This document shows, piece by piece, positions 63,170 to 64,000 of a DNA stretch of 64,000 bases. The DNA is taken from the NCBI GenBank assembly GCA_028534125.1, contig CM052829.1:55118001-55182000 (forward strand). Direction: 5' to 3'. This DNA is from Lama glama (lineage: Eukaryota). The position numbers and the translations under genes are program-made. The notes beneath the pieces are model-generated. The model did not search any database, had not been told where the DNA came from, and was given only the letters and a program-made list of their open reading frames with translations. The stretch's first letter is position 1, and each line of letters opens with the position of its first letter.

Positions 63170-63968
63170 GATTTTTTTTTTTGAGTTATAGTTGATGTTA
63201 TATTCAACAATGGTGTACAATATAATGGTCCACAATTTCTAAAGGTTATACTCTATTTATAGTTATTATAAAATATTGGCTATATTCCCTGTGCTGTACA
63301 ATATATCCTTATAGCTTATTTTATACATAATAGTTTGTACCCCATATTTCTCCTCCTCGCTTCCCTCTCCCCACTGGTAATCACTAGTTTGTTCTCTGTA
63401 TCTGTGAGTCTGCTGCTTTTTTATTATATTCACTAGTTTGTTGTATTTTGGGGATTACACATATAAGTGATAATCATACAGTTTTTGTCTTTCTCTGACT
63501 TATTTTACTTGGCATGTTGTTGCAACTGGCAACNNNNNNNNNNNNNNNNNNNNNNNNNNNNNNNNNNNNNNNNNNNNNNNNNNNNNNNNNNNNNNNNNNN
63601 NNNNNNNNNNNNNNNNNNNNNNNNNNNNNNNNNNNNNNNNNNNNNNNNNNNNNNNNNNNNNNNNNNNNNNGCATGTATCATTTTGAATAAATGTTTTGGG
63701 TTTTTTTTTTTTAAATACATACCCAAGAGTGGAATTGCTGGGGCATATTGTAGTTCAAGTTTCAGTTCTTTGAGAAACCTCCATGCCATTTTCCACAGGG
63801 CTGTACTTTCCCAACAGCAGCATGTGAGGGCTCCCTTTTCTCCACATCCTTGCCAACATCCATTATTTGTGTTCTTTTTGATGATAACCGTTCTGACAGA
63901 TGTGAGGTGATACCTCACTGTGGCTTTGGTTTGCATTTCCCTAATGACTAGCGATGCTGACTGTTTTT
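63170..63968 (-). mobile_element. 5'-truncated L1 with degenerate ORF2 C-terminal Cys-rich region
   Basis: ORF 63505-63936 (RYHLTSVR..IIKK..NNGCWQGCGEKG..LWK..WRFLKEL..E..Y.PAIPLLG.Y) matches the L1 ORF2p C-terminus. 13-bp TSD tgaatctgcttgg at 63157-63169 and 63969-63981. Confidence 0.93.
63534..63670. other. Assembly gap (137 N)
   Basis: Run of N. Confidence 1.
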
Positions 63969-64000
63969 TGAATCTGCTTGGCTTTTAAGTGATCTGAATC

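Noticed and set aside
1-64000. CRISPR arrays, operons or prokaryote-type systems; snRNA, snoRNA or rRNA genes
   Set aside because: The sequence is mammalian. No regularly spaced repeats or recognisable structural RNA genes were seen.

Overview
Mammalian, almost certainly camelid (camel/alpaca), non-coding DNA, either intronic or intergenic. The species call rests on six dispersed copies of a tRNA-Ala-derived SINE (Vic-1 type). The window is a mosaic of ancient repeats (MIR, L2, CR1/L3, old L1M, MLT1/MLT2/LTR16-type solo LTRs, hAT and Tigger DNA elements) and younger 5'-truncated L1s, with three N-gaps that all fall inside repeats. I recognise no host protein-coding exon; the only protein-like ORF is a degenerate L1 ORF2 C-terminus (63505-63936). 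Repeat-poor stretches hold CpG-retaining patches, CTCF motifs (a perfect one at 41823-41836) and TF-motif clusters. The most notable unexplained signals are three + strand 'polypyrimidine-YAG|GTRAG' junctions resembling recursive splice sites or ultra-short exons, a 16-nt microexon or TATA first-exon candidate, and repeat orientation biases compatible with a long + strand host intron. These are hypotheses only. I cannot support a new biological system from sequence alone. Repeat family names are from memory of consensus sequences and boundaries are approximate.
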